From positions 1 through 64,000 of IMG/VR virus record IMGVR_UViG_3300025653_000030: a stretch of DNA of 64,000 bases; one strand, written 5' to 3'. Source of the stretch: a virus (taxonomy: Duplodnaviria > Caudoviricetes). Of the stretch, positions 54,490-64,000 are shown one piece after another. The notes under the pieces were generated by a model. The model was not told where the DNA came from. It saw only the letters and a program-made list of their open reading frames with translations, and did not search any database. How positions within the stretch are numbered: position 1 is the first letter of the stretch; each line of letters starts with the position of its first letter. The position numbers and the translations under genes are program-made.

Positions 54490-57400
54490 TGGGAATATTT
54501 GATAGATTATTTTTCGGTGGGTTTGGTTCTTCTCAAAAGAATCAAAGAGCGGCAGAAAAGAGTAGAGAGATGAATTCTCCTCTACCTTTAATAATGCCTC
54601 CTATATCAACCCCTGCTCCAATTCCAACTACTATACCGATTAGAAACATCCCTGCTCCAGCACCAAGGATACAACCAAGACCAATTGCTCCAGGAATTAC
54701 CCCATCAGCATACGATAGAGATATTGGTGATGCGGCATCACGAACAATTATTCAAAGTAATCCATTAGATGTTGTAAGAGAAAGATTCGATAGAACTGAT
54801 ATAGTAGCTGCCTCTCCATTTACACGAGGTAATGACCCGATGAGAGATGCTCTTATAGAAGATAGAGAAACTCGTCTTAGAGAAAGACCTTTAGATGTAC
54901 CAAGAGGTGATTTGGTTGATGATGTTATAATTAAAACACCACCACCGCCACCACCTCCACCTATCGTAAGTGGATGTATGGATAGAAGTGCAACAAACTT
55001 TAATCCAAGAGCAACTGTATCAAAACCTTCAATGTGTAAATATGAGGTGAAGGCACCTAAACCAATGTCAGAAAGTAGAACGATTTCTGTAACCGTTACT
55101 TCTAACAAACCTGGTAATATTTTTATTGATGGAAAAGATACAAGTTCAGTTCCAAGTAAAACTTTTAATTATTCTGGTAAAGAATTATTAACACCAAAGT
55201 TTTTTAAAGTTAAAAAAGCTGGATTTACATCTGAAGATGAATATAAATTATATTCGGTAAGAAAAAAGTTTAAAAAAGAAATTAAACCACTTATACCATT
55301 TGATGATATCGTAATTAACGAACCAGATGAGTTAGTACCTATTAGACCTAATGGTGTATTTGGTGAGATAGGTAATTTCGGTGGTCCTCTTGGGTTTAAT
55401 GATGGATTCAGAGATGGTAGATTTGGATTTAATCCAAGACAAACTTCTTTAGGATTTGCAAGACCTGTAAAACCAAAGATAATTACAAAACCAAGACCAA
55501 TCAGTATAGTAGAATATGATTTCTACGAGTTTAGATTAGAAAAAAATGGTAAGGAAGTTCCAGTATTAAATCAGATAAATAAAATAACTGATACTATTAA
55601 TAAAATACAATCAGTAACTTTAGATTTTGATTTAGATAAAATTATAGTAATAGACCCTCCAAAACAAACACCTTATGAAGTTAATATAGAAAGCTTCTTA
55701 GGTGAGGATGGTATTGTAAGATATGAAACTTCTTGGGGACAAAAAGGTTCATTATTAGATGATGATGATTTGGTTATAAAACATTTATCAGATGGTAATA
55801 AAGAAGAAGATACACCTGAATATATTAAATTCACAGCACCAACTATATCTGATTTTACTCATACAGTAACTTTTACATATGATACACCAAACAAAAGAAA
55901 GAAAACTACAAATGTAACAAAAGACTTAACAATAGAACTTTCAAGTGGTGTAACAAATGTAGTTGTTAATGCAACTAAAGTTCCTGTTGAAGAATCTCCA
56001 ACTAAACCAAGTATCAAAGCATCGGTAAATCGTGTTAAGTTAAATTTAGCATCTGATAGTAATGTTAAGATACCTTACACAAGTATAAATGCTGATAAAG
56101 TAATTTACACTCTTGGTAAAACAAAAAGAGAAATTGATTTAAGTGGTAGTTTAGTATTATCTAAAAGTGATTTCTACAATGGTGTTGGTAATTATACAAT
56201 TTATTTACAACCATCATCTAACAGAGGTGGAAGTGGTAATATAGAAAAGATTACGGTAACTGTTGAAAGTAAAGCTTTCATTCCTGGTCCTGATATTACA
56301 ACAATCAACTACCCTCAAAATATTAAGGGTGCCGATTTCAAAGGATTAAATGTTCCATTTGAAGTTAGTTGGCAATCTATAAACACAAACTATGTCCACA
56401 TTTATGCTGGAAAGAAAAATGGTGCATCCTTCTTAGGTAAATTCTCACCATCAGGTTTAGCATCATTTAATGTTGTTGATATTGTAAGAAAATTAAAAGC
56501 GGGTAAAATAAGAATTGATGAAAACAGAGATGTTATACAATTCAGTTTAGTTTTAATTCCTTTTAACGAAGAAGGTGATGAAAAAACAGAAGGCAAGAAT
56601 GAAGTAATTAATATTACTTTTGATAAAGGAGATTTAACTCTTAGAAGAGGTAATGTAATTACAGATTTACAATCTGCTTTTGTAAGTCAGTTTGATGATA
56701 GTTTATTCCAAGAATCAGTATCACCATTCCTAACACATTACTTACACTTAGGTGAGGGTGATAATAAATTAGTTGCAACATGGGGAGTTGATGAGGATAC
56801 TTTATCTACATTTGAAGATGACCTCGAAAATAATACTCGTAAAAGAGTTAAAACAGTAAAATCGTTAGTTTTAAAACTTTACGAACCATTACCACCAACT
56901 GTAAATCCAAACGATAGTATTTGGTTATCGAAGGTACAGGCAATTCCTTTAATTGACCAGATTACTATAATCAATGATATTACAAAAGATTGTATTCCTC
57001 TTACTCCAAACTTTGCATTAGAAACAAATGATGCAATTGGATATCAAGTTCTTGATGATTTAGTTGCTAGTGGTTCATCAACTTCATCTGATTTAATAGG
57101 ACAATTTGTTTCATCATCTGAATTTTCTTTAGAAAATCTTGATATACAATTTACAACATCTTCAAAAATATTAGTAGAAAGTAATAATGGTGGAAATTAT
57201 TTTTCAGAAACAGATACAGAAGACTACTATTGGAAAAACTTTGTAAAATATTCTTCAGCAGAAGAAAGAGTAGAAAATTTTGTTTACAAAGTAAAATTAA
57301 TTGAATCATACGAATCAAAATATAATGGTTTAGTATCTGGTAGTTCAATTGATTTTGGTAGTGGAACATCATCATCTATTACAGGTTCTGCTTCAAGTTC

Positions 57401-60128
57401 TGTTGCAATTACAAACGAAGCTAAAAGAACATTAAATAAAATAAATGATACTAAAAAAGGATTTGATGCATTTGAAAAGTATCTTTACAAAACAAGTGGT
57501 TCGTTAACTCTACCAGGTGCAGGTGGTTCGGCATTATCTGCTTCATCTGATTCATCATTTGCAAATTGGTATGGTGGAATAATAACATCTGCAAGGGATT
57601 ATGATTATTACAATACTGATAGGTTTGTAAACAACTTACCTCAACATATAAAAGATGACCAAGAGGGTGCATCTTTTACATTATTCTTTGATATGATTGG
57701 TCAACACTTTGATGTTTTATATACACACATTAAAGCAATTAACCAAACAAGAAAAACAGAACATAAATTTGAAAAAGGAATTAATGGTGATTTAATTTAC
57801 CATATGTTAGAATCTCTTGGATTCGATGCAGATTTAGGAGTACAATCACAAGCCCTTTGGGAATATGCATTTGGTAAACACTCCGATGGTACTGTTATAA
57901 CAGAAATGAGTGGTAAAGATAGACAACATGAAATTTGGAGAAGAGTTTTAAATAACTTACCATATCTTTACAAACACAAAGGTACTAAGAGAGCAATATC
58001 AGCTGCTTTAAGTTGTTATGGTGTACCTAATTCACTACTAACCGTAATGGAATTTGGTGGGCCTCAAAATAGAAACTCTGAGGCTACTACCACATTTACT
58101 TTTGAAGATAGAACGGCATCTTTAAATATTAGTGGTTCTGAATCTATAATAGTTCCATGGAAATCTCATAACTCATATTATCCTGAGGCGGTTGAGGTTA
58201 GAATAAATACAGAACAAAGACAAGACCAAAGAGTTATTAGTGGTTCTGGTTGGAGTGTTGATATCGACTATCTTGGAAGTGGTTCACTTGGTGTATTTAG
58301 ATTAAATGTTGATAATGGCACAGAATTCGTATCTTCATCTACTTCACAAATGGCTTTCTTTAATGATGAATATACACAAATAGCAGTAAACAGAGTAACA
58401 AGTAGTACTGATGATACATTTACTCTTCATGTAAAGGAAGGATTCCAAGGAAGAATAAGAAACGAAGTATCAACTTCTTTAGATGTTGCAAACTCAACAA
58501 ATAAATGGGAAGATGGAACTTTACTTCAGATTGGTGGAACAACCTTAACTGGTTCGATTGATGAATTTAGATTATGGTCTGCTCCTTTAAGTGAATCTGT
58601 AATTAGAAATCACACATTAATGCCTGATGGGATAAATGGTAATCATATTTCATCATCAACTGATGATTTATTATTTAGATTAGATTTCGAATATCCTAAA
58701 AACAGGTCAGCAGCAAATGACCCATATATTAAGAATGTTTCAATCAATAGAACATATGAAACATTTGCAACCGCATCTAATTTCCAAGATGTATCTTCGT
58801 ATCCTTACCAATATAAAACATATGATAGAGATGTAACTGCAGAAGTTCCATCAAGTGGTTTTGGATTAGGAAATAAAGTAAGATTTGAATCACAAACATT
58901 AAAATCAAATCTAACTTACAGACAAAGAGCAACCACAAAATCATTTGACCAAGCACCACTTGATTCAGATAAATTAGGATTATTCTTTTCTCCAATAAAA
59001 GAGATTAATATGGATATTATGAAATCTCTTGGTGGATTTAATATAGATGATTATATAGGAGACCCATCTGATGAATACAATGATGGATACAGAAGTCTTG
59101 AAAGTTTAAGAAAATATTACTTCGATAGATATAATTTAAATCTATCAGAATATATTCAACTTGTTAGATATATTGATAAATCATTATTTACAACTTTAGA
59201 ATCTCTTGTACCTGCAAGAGCAAAAGTATCGAGTGGATTATTGATTGAACCACACATACTTGAAAGAAGTAAGGTTCAGAGAAAACCAACTACTGCTTTA
59301 AAAAATGATTTTGCAAGTAGTATAAATGTTGATGATAATGTAAATGTATCATCTACAAAGAGTGGATTTGTTGGTATCGTAACTGAATCAAAAGAAGGAA
59401 CTTTAAGTGGTAATAAAGGACATTACGAAACATTTATTTCTTCATCAGACCCATCATTAGCTGGTTCTGATAATAGTTATAGTAGTACTATAATTGCATC
59501 AGACGATATAAATCAACAAGGATTTATAACAGTAAACTCTGGTTCAGACATGGGTGGAATTAGTATTAATGTTAATGCACAATTTACTGGTTCATTAGTA
59601 GGAGAATATGATTCAACTCAATACGAACAAATTGGAATGAGTCCTGATTCACTTACTGTTGCAACATTTGGTTTATTCGGTGAAAATGGACATGCTATTA
59701 TAACAAGATTAGATAAAGATAATAATTTTGTAAAAGAAAGAAAAAGAGTTGATATAGTTACAGAAAGATACACAGTAGATGTACCACAAAATATTGATTC
59801 TAATGATTCATCAAAAGGTAGAGAATTTGTAACAAAAACATTTAACAGAAAAAAATTAACTATTAGAGATTTTGCACAATCAGGTTCACTTGTAAGTGGA
59901 GATGTTATATCACAAGTACCATTAAATGGACATGGTGTTTATCATTACAGAAATGTTGGTGATTTAACAACTGGTTTAGAAAACTCATATTTTAATGGTT
60001 CAAAACAAACGAGTACAACTACTTTAGATGGTGGTTCGCCGGTTGAAACATTTACTACGAATCCAAATACACTAAGAGTTTCGGATACAGGTAGAGGTAG
60101 TGGAGAACCAATTTTAGAAGTAGACTAA
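54489..60128 (+). CDS. Large baseplate/virion structural protein (1879 aa; gp7-like position)
   Basis: DMIGQHFD, WRRVLNNLPYLYKHKGT, IDEFRLW (LamG-like) motifs; Pro-rich N-terminus. Confidence 0.7.
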   Translation: MGIFDRLFFGGFGSSQKNQRAAEKSREMNSPLPLIMPPISTPAPIPTTIPIRNIPAPAPRIQPRPIAPGITPSAYDRDIGDAASRTIIQSNPLDVVRERFDRTDIVAASPFTRGNDPMRDALIEDRETRLRERPLDVPRGDLVDDVIIKTPPPPPPPPIVSGCMDRSATNFNPRATVSKPSMCKYEVKAPKPMSESRTISVTVTSNKPGNIFIDGKDTSSVPSKTFNYSGKELLTPKFFKVKKAGFTSEDEYKLYSVRKKFKKEIKPLIPFDDIVINEPDELVPIRPNGVFGEIGNFGGPLGFNDGFRDGRFGFNPRQTSLGFARPVKPKIITKPRPISIVEYDFYEFRLEKNGKEVPVLNQINKITDTINKIQSVTLDFDLDKIIVIDPPKQTPYEVNIESFLGEDGIVRYETSWGQKGSLLDDDDLVIKHLSDGNKEEDTPEYIKFTAPTISDFTHTVTFTYDTPNKRKKTTNVTKDLTIELSSGVTNVVVNATKVPVEESPTKPSIKASVNRVKLNLASDSNVKIPYTSINADKVIYTLGKTKREIDLSGSLVLSKSDFYNGVGNYTIYLQPSSNRGGSGNIEKITVTVESKAFIPGPDITTINYPQNIKGADFKGLNVPFEVSWQSINTNYVHIYAGKKNGASFLGKFSPSGLASFNVVDIVRKLKAGKIRIDENRDVIQFSLVLIPFNEEGDEKTEGKNEVINITFDKGDLTLRRGNVITDLQSAFVSQFDDSLFQESVSPFLTHYLHLGEGDNKLVATWGVDEDTLSTFEDDLENNTRKRVKTVKSLVLKLYEPLPPTVNPNDSIWLSKVQAIPLIDQITIINDITKDCIPLTPNFALETNDAIGYQVLDDLVASGSSTSSDLIGQFVSSSEFSLENLDIQFTTSSKILVESNNGGNYFSETDTEDYYWKNFVKYSSAEERVENFVYKVKLIESYESKYNGLVSGSSIDFGSGTSSSITGSASSSVAITNEAKRTLNKINDTKKGFDAFEKYLYKTSGSLTLPGAGGSALSASSDSSFANWYGGIITSARDYDYYNTDRFVNNLPQHIKDDQEGASFTLFFDMIGQHFDVLYTHIKAINQTRKTEHKFEKGINGDLIYHMLESLGFDADLGVQSQALWEYAFGKHSDGTVITEMSGKDRQHEIWRRVLNNLPYLYKHKGTKRAISAALSCYGVPNSLLTVMEFGGPQNRNSEATTTFTFEDRTASLNISGSESIIVPWKSHNSYYPEAVEVRINTEQRQDQRVISGSGWSVDIDYLGSGSLGVFRLNVDNGTEFVSSSTSQMAFFNDEYTQIAVNRVTSSTDDTFTLHVKEGFQGRIRNEVSTSLDVANSTNKWEDGTLLQIGGTTLTGSIDEFRLWSAPLSESVIRNHTLMPDGINGNHISSSTDDLLFRLDFEYPKNRSAANDPYIKNVSINRTYETFATASNFQDVSSYPYQYKTYDRDVTAEVPSSGFGLGNKVRFESQTLKSNLTYRQRATTKSFDQAPLDSDKLGLFFSPIKEINMDIMKSLGGFNIDDYIGDPSDEYNDGYRSLESLRKYYFDRYNLNLSEYIQLVRYIDKSLFTTLESLVPARAKVSSGLLIEPHILERSKVQRKPTTALKNDFASSINVDDNVNVSSTKSGFVGIVTESKEGTLSGNKGHYETFISSSDPSLAGSDNSYSSTIIASDDINQQGFITVNSGSDMGGISINVNAQFTGSLVGEYDSTQYEQIGMSPDSLTVATFGLFGENGHAIITRLDKDNNFVKERKRVDIVTERYTVDVPQNIDSNDSSKGREFVTKTFNRKKLTIRDFAQSGSLVSGDVISQVPLNGHGVYHYRNVGDLTTGLENSYFNGSKQTSTTTLDGGSPVETFTTNPNTLRVSDTGRGSGEPILEVD

Positions 60129-60206
60129 TATTTATAAGAGAACAAAAATTACTAAAAATATAAATTGTTATATTTATATATTGAATAACAAAGGGAAAAT
60201 TTAATT

Positions 60207-60836
60207 ATGGCTTATTTAAATAACACAGAAATTACAGTCGATGCTATTCTTACTAAAAAAGGTAGAGAAAAATTAGCATCAGGCGAAGGTCTTAACATTA
60301 CCAAGTTTGCATTGGGTGATGATGAGATTGATTACACACTATATGAACCAGCACACCCAAAGGGAAGTGCTTATTATGATGCGGCAATCAAAGCGATTCC
60401 AATTACTGAAGCATCACCAGATGAAACACAAGTACTAAGACACAAATTAGTAACATTACCAAAAGGAACAACTAAGATACCAAAGGTAGAATTTGGTATT
60501 CCATCAATATCTGTAAATCAGAACTCTGGCCAAGTTCAACTTTCCCCAACTACTTCACCAAGTGGTAATACACAAAGTGGATATACTGTTATTCTTTCTA
60601 ACAAGAACGCAGGTTCTATCGTTGGAAGTGGATTGGCATCAGGAGCTAGTTCTACTCCTTCATTCTTAGGAGATGAAATTACGGCAACTGCGGCTATTGA
60701 GACTGGATTAAACTTTACATTTATTCCTAATCCAAATATTACAACAACAATTTCAACAACTATAACCGTATATGGTAATGAAACTGGAGGTTCACAATCA
60801 ATACCAGTAACCGTAACTTATGTACAACCAAGTTAA
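60207..60836 (+). CDS. Virion structural protein
   Basis: ITVDAILTKKGREKLA..ITKFALGDDEIDY; two TATTTATA motifs upstream (60129, 60171). Confidence 0.65.
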   Translation: MAYLNNTEITVDAILTKKGREKLASGEGLNITKFALGDDEIDYTLYEPAHPKGSAYYDAAIKAIPITEASPDETQVLRHKLVTLPKGTTKIPKVEFGIPSISVNQNSGQVQLSPTTSPSGNTQSGYTVILSNKNAGSIVGSGLASGASSTPSFLGDEITATAAIETGLNFTFIPNPNITTTISTTITVYGNETGGSQSIPVTVTYVQPS

Positions 60837-60855
60837 TAAAGAGGAAAATTAAAAA

Positions 60856-62082
60856 ATGGCACAAATAACAGGACAAGCGGGAGTAAATTTATCACAAGAG
60901 TTGGCAAACTATTTAGATGCCAATCAAGGTAATCTTACCTCGGAACAAATAACAGAGATTATCAATCAGTATTTATCTGGTGGTGATAAGTTGGGTGCAA
61001 CTGGAGGTTCAATCTCCAATGGTATCTATAAAAGATTCGGTGAATTCGACCAAGTTAATGGTAAGATTGAAGTAGTTACAACTGGTCTTTGGAGTGGTGA
61101 TACAGGAAGTTTATCATCTTTCTTTACTTCATCAACTCAAGCGGCGGCAAGTTTAAACTATTATGTAAATGTTTACAATGCTGACCCAGCAAGTGATACA
61201 TCAGCAGCTGTTCAATATGCAATTGCATATGGACACAAAAATGCAAGTGGTTCTATATCACTAACAAATTCTGATGATTCAAATCTTGCAACTAAAGCAA
61301 CTTATGCTCAATATCGTTCAATATTATTAGACAATGATGATAATACATTTACATTTGCATCATCATCAACTGCTGGAACTCATGATTCTGATGAAATCTA
61401 TGTTATCAATGTAGCTCGTGCCCGTTACAAAGAAAAGATGGATGCAGGAAACTGGTCATTAGTAATTAGTGGTTCAAGTGGAACATCAACTTTAATTGAC
61501 GATAGTGGAAAGAAATTCTCAGATTCAGTTGGTAAGGCTGGTAGAGTATTTAATGTAGGTAGTGGTTCATTAAACTTAGGAACAGAAAACGAAGCAACTA
61601 TAAGTTCATTATATGATAGTAATGGTTCTGGTATTGGATTATTCTATCCTGACCAAGGATTAATTGTACTTAACCCAACTGCTGTTCATAATTTAATTGG
61701 AACATCAATTGATAGTGGTTCAACTCAAGGAAAATCAATATATGCAGGTGATGATTATGAAGGACAAAACCAATTCTTATTACACAATGCAATTGCAGGT
61801 GGAGGAGATTTCCAAGCAAGAAGAACAGAAAATGTTTCTACATCACATTATTTCGTAAGAGCAACAAATAGAGAATTTAACTTCTCTAACAACCCAACAT
61901 TCGTAACAGGTTCAGATGGTTCATTTGTAGAATCAACATTCGAAAAAGACCCAAGAACATTTATTACAACAGTTGGATTATTAAACGATGCGAATGAAAC
62001 AATCGCTGTGGCTAAAACATCACAACCAATCCCTAAATCATTTGATAAAGAAGTGTTAATCAAAGTAAAACTTGATTTTTAA
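60856..62082 (+). CDS. Virion structural protein
   Basis: YFVRATNREFNFSNNPTF..ITTVGL..AVAKTSQP; the C-terminal module is shared with 62172-63332. Confidence 0.65.
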   Translation: MAQITGQAGVNLSQELANYLDANQGNLTSEQITEIINQYLSGGDKLGATGGSISNGIYKRFGEFDQVNGKIEVVTTGLWSGDTGSLSSFFTSSTQAAASLNYYVNVYNADPASDTSAAVQYAIAYGHKNASGSISLTNSDDSNLATKATYAQYRSILLDNDDNTFTFASSSTAGTHDSDEIYVINVARARYKEKMDAGNWSLVISGSSGTSTLIDDSGKKFSDSVGKAGRVFNVGSGSLNLGTENEATISSLYDSNGSGIGLFYPDQGLIVLNPTAVHNLIGTSIDSGSTQGKSIYAGDDYEGQNQFLLHNAIAGGGDFQARRTENVSTSHYFVRATNREFNFSNNPTFVTGSDGSFVESTFEKDPRTFITTVGLLNDANETIAVAKTSQPIPKSFDKEVLIKVKLDF

Positions 62083-62110
62083 ACCGTAGGCACACATTTT
62101 CAAACATAAC

Positions 62111-62136
62111 AAACCCCATCGAGTATGGGGTTTTTT
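62111..62136 (+). terminator. Rho-independent terminator
   Basis: AAACCCCAT-CGAGT-ATGGGGTTTTTT. Confidence 0.85.
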
Positions 62137-62171
62137 ATTTCAATATATTTATATAGAGGAGTAATAACTAT

Positions 62172-63332
62172 ATGTTAAAGACAATACCAAAATCAAGCGT
62201 AAATCAAAGAAGCTTCAAAGTTAATAAAACTTGGGAAGTTAGTAATACCGATTATCCTATAATATCGGGTTCTTATGATACTATACTTTCATCATTTGAT
62301 AGTGGTAGTGCAACAACTCAAGAAGGTGTTTATACAGGACCTCTTTTTAAATCGATTAAATCTCAATATTATACTGATATTGGAAATCCATTTGTTCTCA
62401 AAGGTAGAATGGATAATGTTGGTGGTAGAGATGAAAGAACAATAGGAACTAATGGTTTTGTAATTGCATTACCCCAAAGTAAATATGGTGAAGGAATACA
62501 ACCTGAGAGTTTATTATTAAGTGATTTAACAAATGATGATGTTTATAGTGATGATGGGAATAGTAATATAACATCTCAAAATCCAAGATATAGTTTAAAA
62601 GAAATTGATTTAGAAAGTGGAGTAATTGTAGTATCTGATTTAGATGATGGGGAGTTTACAGGTTCTCTTTGGTCAACACCTGGTGAACCGGCCTTTGATA
62701 TGGAATCTGGTTTAGCAAAAATGACATTCAACAATGATACAGATTCATTTTATATAGTACGAATAGATTTAGAAGCTGGTACTTTAACAACTGAACTACA
62801 ATTAGATTTTGGTGGTTTAGATATTGATGAAATTAGATTTGGTAATATATTCTATTCAGATGGATTAATTGTATTAAATGATACATTAAGTTCATTCAAT
62901 CAATACACAATGAAATTTAATTCAACAAAAACAATAAATGAATTAGAAGTATTGGTTACATCTAAGGCTGGGGAATTTAACTATTCACAGAATCCAACTG
63001 CAGTAGAAGTTGATGTAAGTGGTTCATATGATTTCCCAACGAGTGCAATATTCAACTCAAGACCAGCTGGTACTAAAAAGATAAAAGTTATTAATGATAT
63101 TAAAAGAAGAGAACAATATAGTGGTAGTATAGACCATACTGTAAGTGGTTCATGGGATGATTACCATGCTTCTTCATCAGTAGACCCTACTGGTTCTTAT
63201 TTATCTACTTATATATCTACAATTGGATTGTATGATAAGAGTGGAGAAATGATTGCAGTAGCTAAATTACCACAACCAATTAAAAATTTACCAGATTATG
63301 ATATGAACTTTATTGTTCGTTTAGATACATAA
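62172..63332 (+). CDS. Virion structural protein (paralog-like of 60856-62082)
   Basis: GNIFYSDGLIVL, EFNYSQNPT, ISTIGLYD..AVAKLPQP; TATTTATA at 62146. Confidence 0.65.
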   Translation: MLKTIPKSSVNQRSFKVNKTWEVSNTDYPIISGSYDTILSSFDSGSATTQEGVYTGPLFKSIKSQYYTDIGNPFVLKGRMDNVGGRDERTIGTNGFVIALPQSKYGEGIQPESLLLSDLTNDDVYSDDGNSNITSQNPRYSLKEIDLESGVIVVSDLDDGEFTGSLWSTPGEPAFDMESGLAKMTFNNDTDSFYIVRIDLEAGTLTTELQLDFGGLDIDEIRFGNIFYSDGLIVLNDTLSSFNQYTMKFNSTKTINELEVLVTSKAGEFNYSQNPTAVEVDVSGSYDFPTSAIFNSRPAGTKKIKVINDIKRREQYSGSIDHTVSGSWDDYHASSSVDPTGSYLSTYISTIGLYDKSGEMIAVAKLPQPIKNLPDYDMNFIVRLDT

Positions 63333-63378
63333 TCTATATTTATATAAGAAGTTTAATTTAAAAAAGGAAAAAATAATT

Positions 63379-63579
63379 ATGGCAGTATATCAATTATTAA
63401 ATTCAGACCAATCAGTTGCAGTAGCGGAAATCGAATTAGCGGATAACGATGCAGTACTCGCTTATTGTGAAGAAGCTGAAATGAATGTTTATCAGTATGA
63501 TGAAAACGAAGATGGTGAATCTATTTTCGAAACATTTGGTGATAACGGAGAATATCAAGTTTTAAAATTAGTAGGATAA
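63379..63579 (+). CDS. Small acidic protein
   Basis: 66 aa; TATTTATA at 63337. Confidence 0.55.
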   Translation: MAVYQLLNSDQSVAVAEIELADNDAVLAYCEEAEMNVYQYDENEDGESIFETFGDNGEYQVLKLVG

Positions 63580-63583
63580 TCAA

Positions 63584-63763
63584 ATGAGTATCGAAGATTT
63601 ATATAAAAAATCAGAATTCGCAAAGCTTGCTGATAATTCTAAAGATAAAACACCATTATCTGCAAATGAAGGAAATAAACTTCATAAAGATGATAAGGCT
63701 CTTGCAACGGCCAGAGGTGGTAAATTAAACTTGAAGAAATACTCAGATTCAGTAACAAGATAA
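63584..63763 (+). CDS. Small hypothetical protein (59 aa)
   Basis: MSIEDLYKKS..KKYSDSVTR; just below the track cutoff. Confidence 0.55.
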   Translation: MSIEDLYKKSEFAKLADNSKDKTPLSANEGNKLHKDDKALATARGGKLNLKKYSDSVTR

Positions 63764-63773
63764 AGCTAACCAT

Positions 63774-64000
63774 TTGGGCTTAATTAAAAACAATGCTCAG
63801 AAATGGGCATTTATTCACATACCAAAGACTGGCGGAACTTCACTAACTTCTATAATACAAAATATAGAAGGTAGTGAACTCGTTGCCGTCCATGACTCAA
63901 TAAGAGTATTTGAAGATGTTTCTGACTTCTTCATATTTACTATTGTGAGAAATCCATTTACAAGGATAGCATCTGCTTATTCTCACCGGCTCCGAAAAAA
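63774..64000 (+). CDS. Sulfotransferase family 2 protein (3'-truncated by the window end)
   Basis: WAFIHIPKTGGTSL (5'-PSB) and FTIVRNPFTRIASAY (3'-PB); TTG start inferred. Confidence 0.85.
   Translation, partial: MGLIKNNAQKWAFIHIPKTGGTSLTSIIQNIEGSELVAVHDSIRVFEDVSDFFIFTIVRNPFTRIASAYSHRLRK

Overview
This window is 64 kb of a large, strongly AT-rich tailed-phage genome with T4-like contractile-tail baseplate genes. Essentially all credible genes lie on the + strand in the standard genetic code. A Bacteroidota (probably flavobacterial) host is inferred from 13 copies of a TTG-N20-TAnnTT(T/A)(A/G) promoter matching the Bacteroidota -33/-7 consensus and from the near absence of Shine-Dalgarno motifs. 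Layout: (1) 1-9 kb has short early genes, dispersed intergenic repeats, a ~540-nt ORF-free structured transcript and a possible origin-like gap. (2) 2-44 kb holds accessory and metabolic genes: GNATs, sulfotransferase-like and glycosyltransferase-like genes, SGNH hydrolases, 2OG-Fe(II) oxygenases, dCMP deaminase, radical SAM, PhoH, 5'-nucleotidase, Hsp20, UvsE, an SF2 helicase, ThyA, MetK, peptide deformylase, a gp55-like sigma factor and a carbamoyltransferase, plus 7 tRNAs. (3) 45-63 kb holds baseplate and virion structural genes behind a TATTTATA late-type motif. The leading candidates for undescribed biology are a late-expressed locus encoding a circularly permuted ATP-grasp ligase fused to two tandem HINT domains, followed by an unannotated 52-aa peptide and a GNAT, and the large structured ncRNA with an embedded tRNA-like domain. 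All family assignments come from motif recognition by eye, not database searches.
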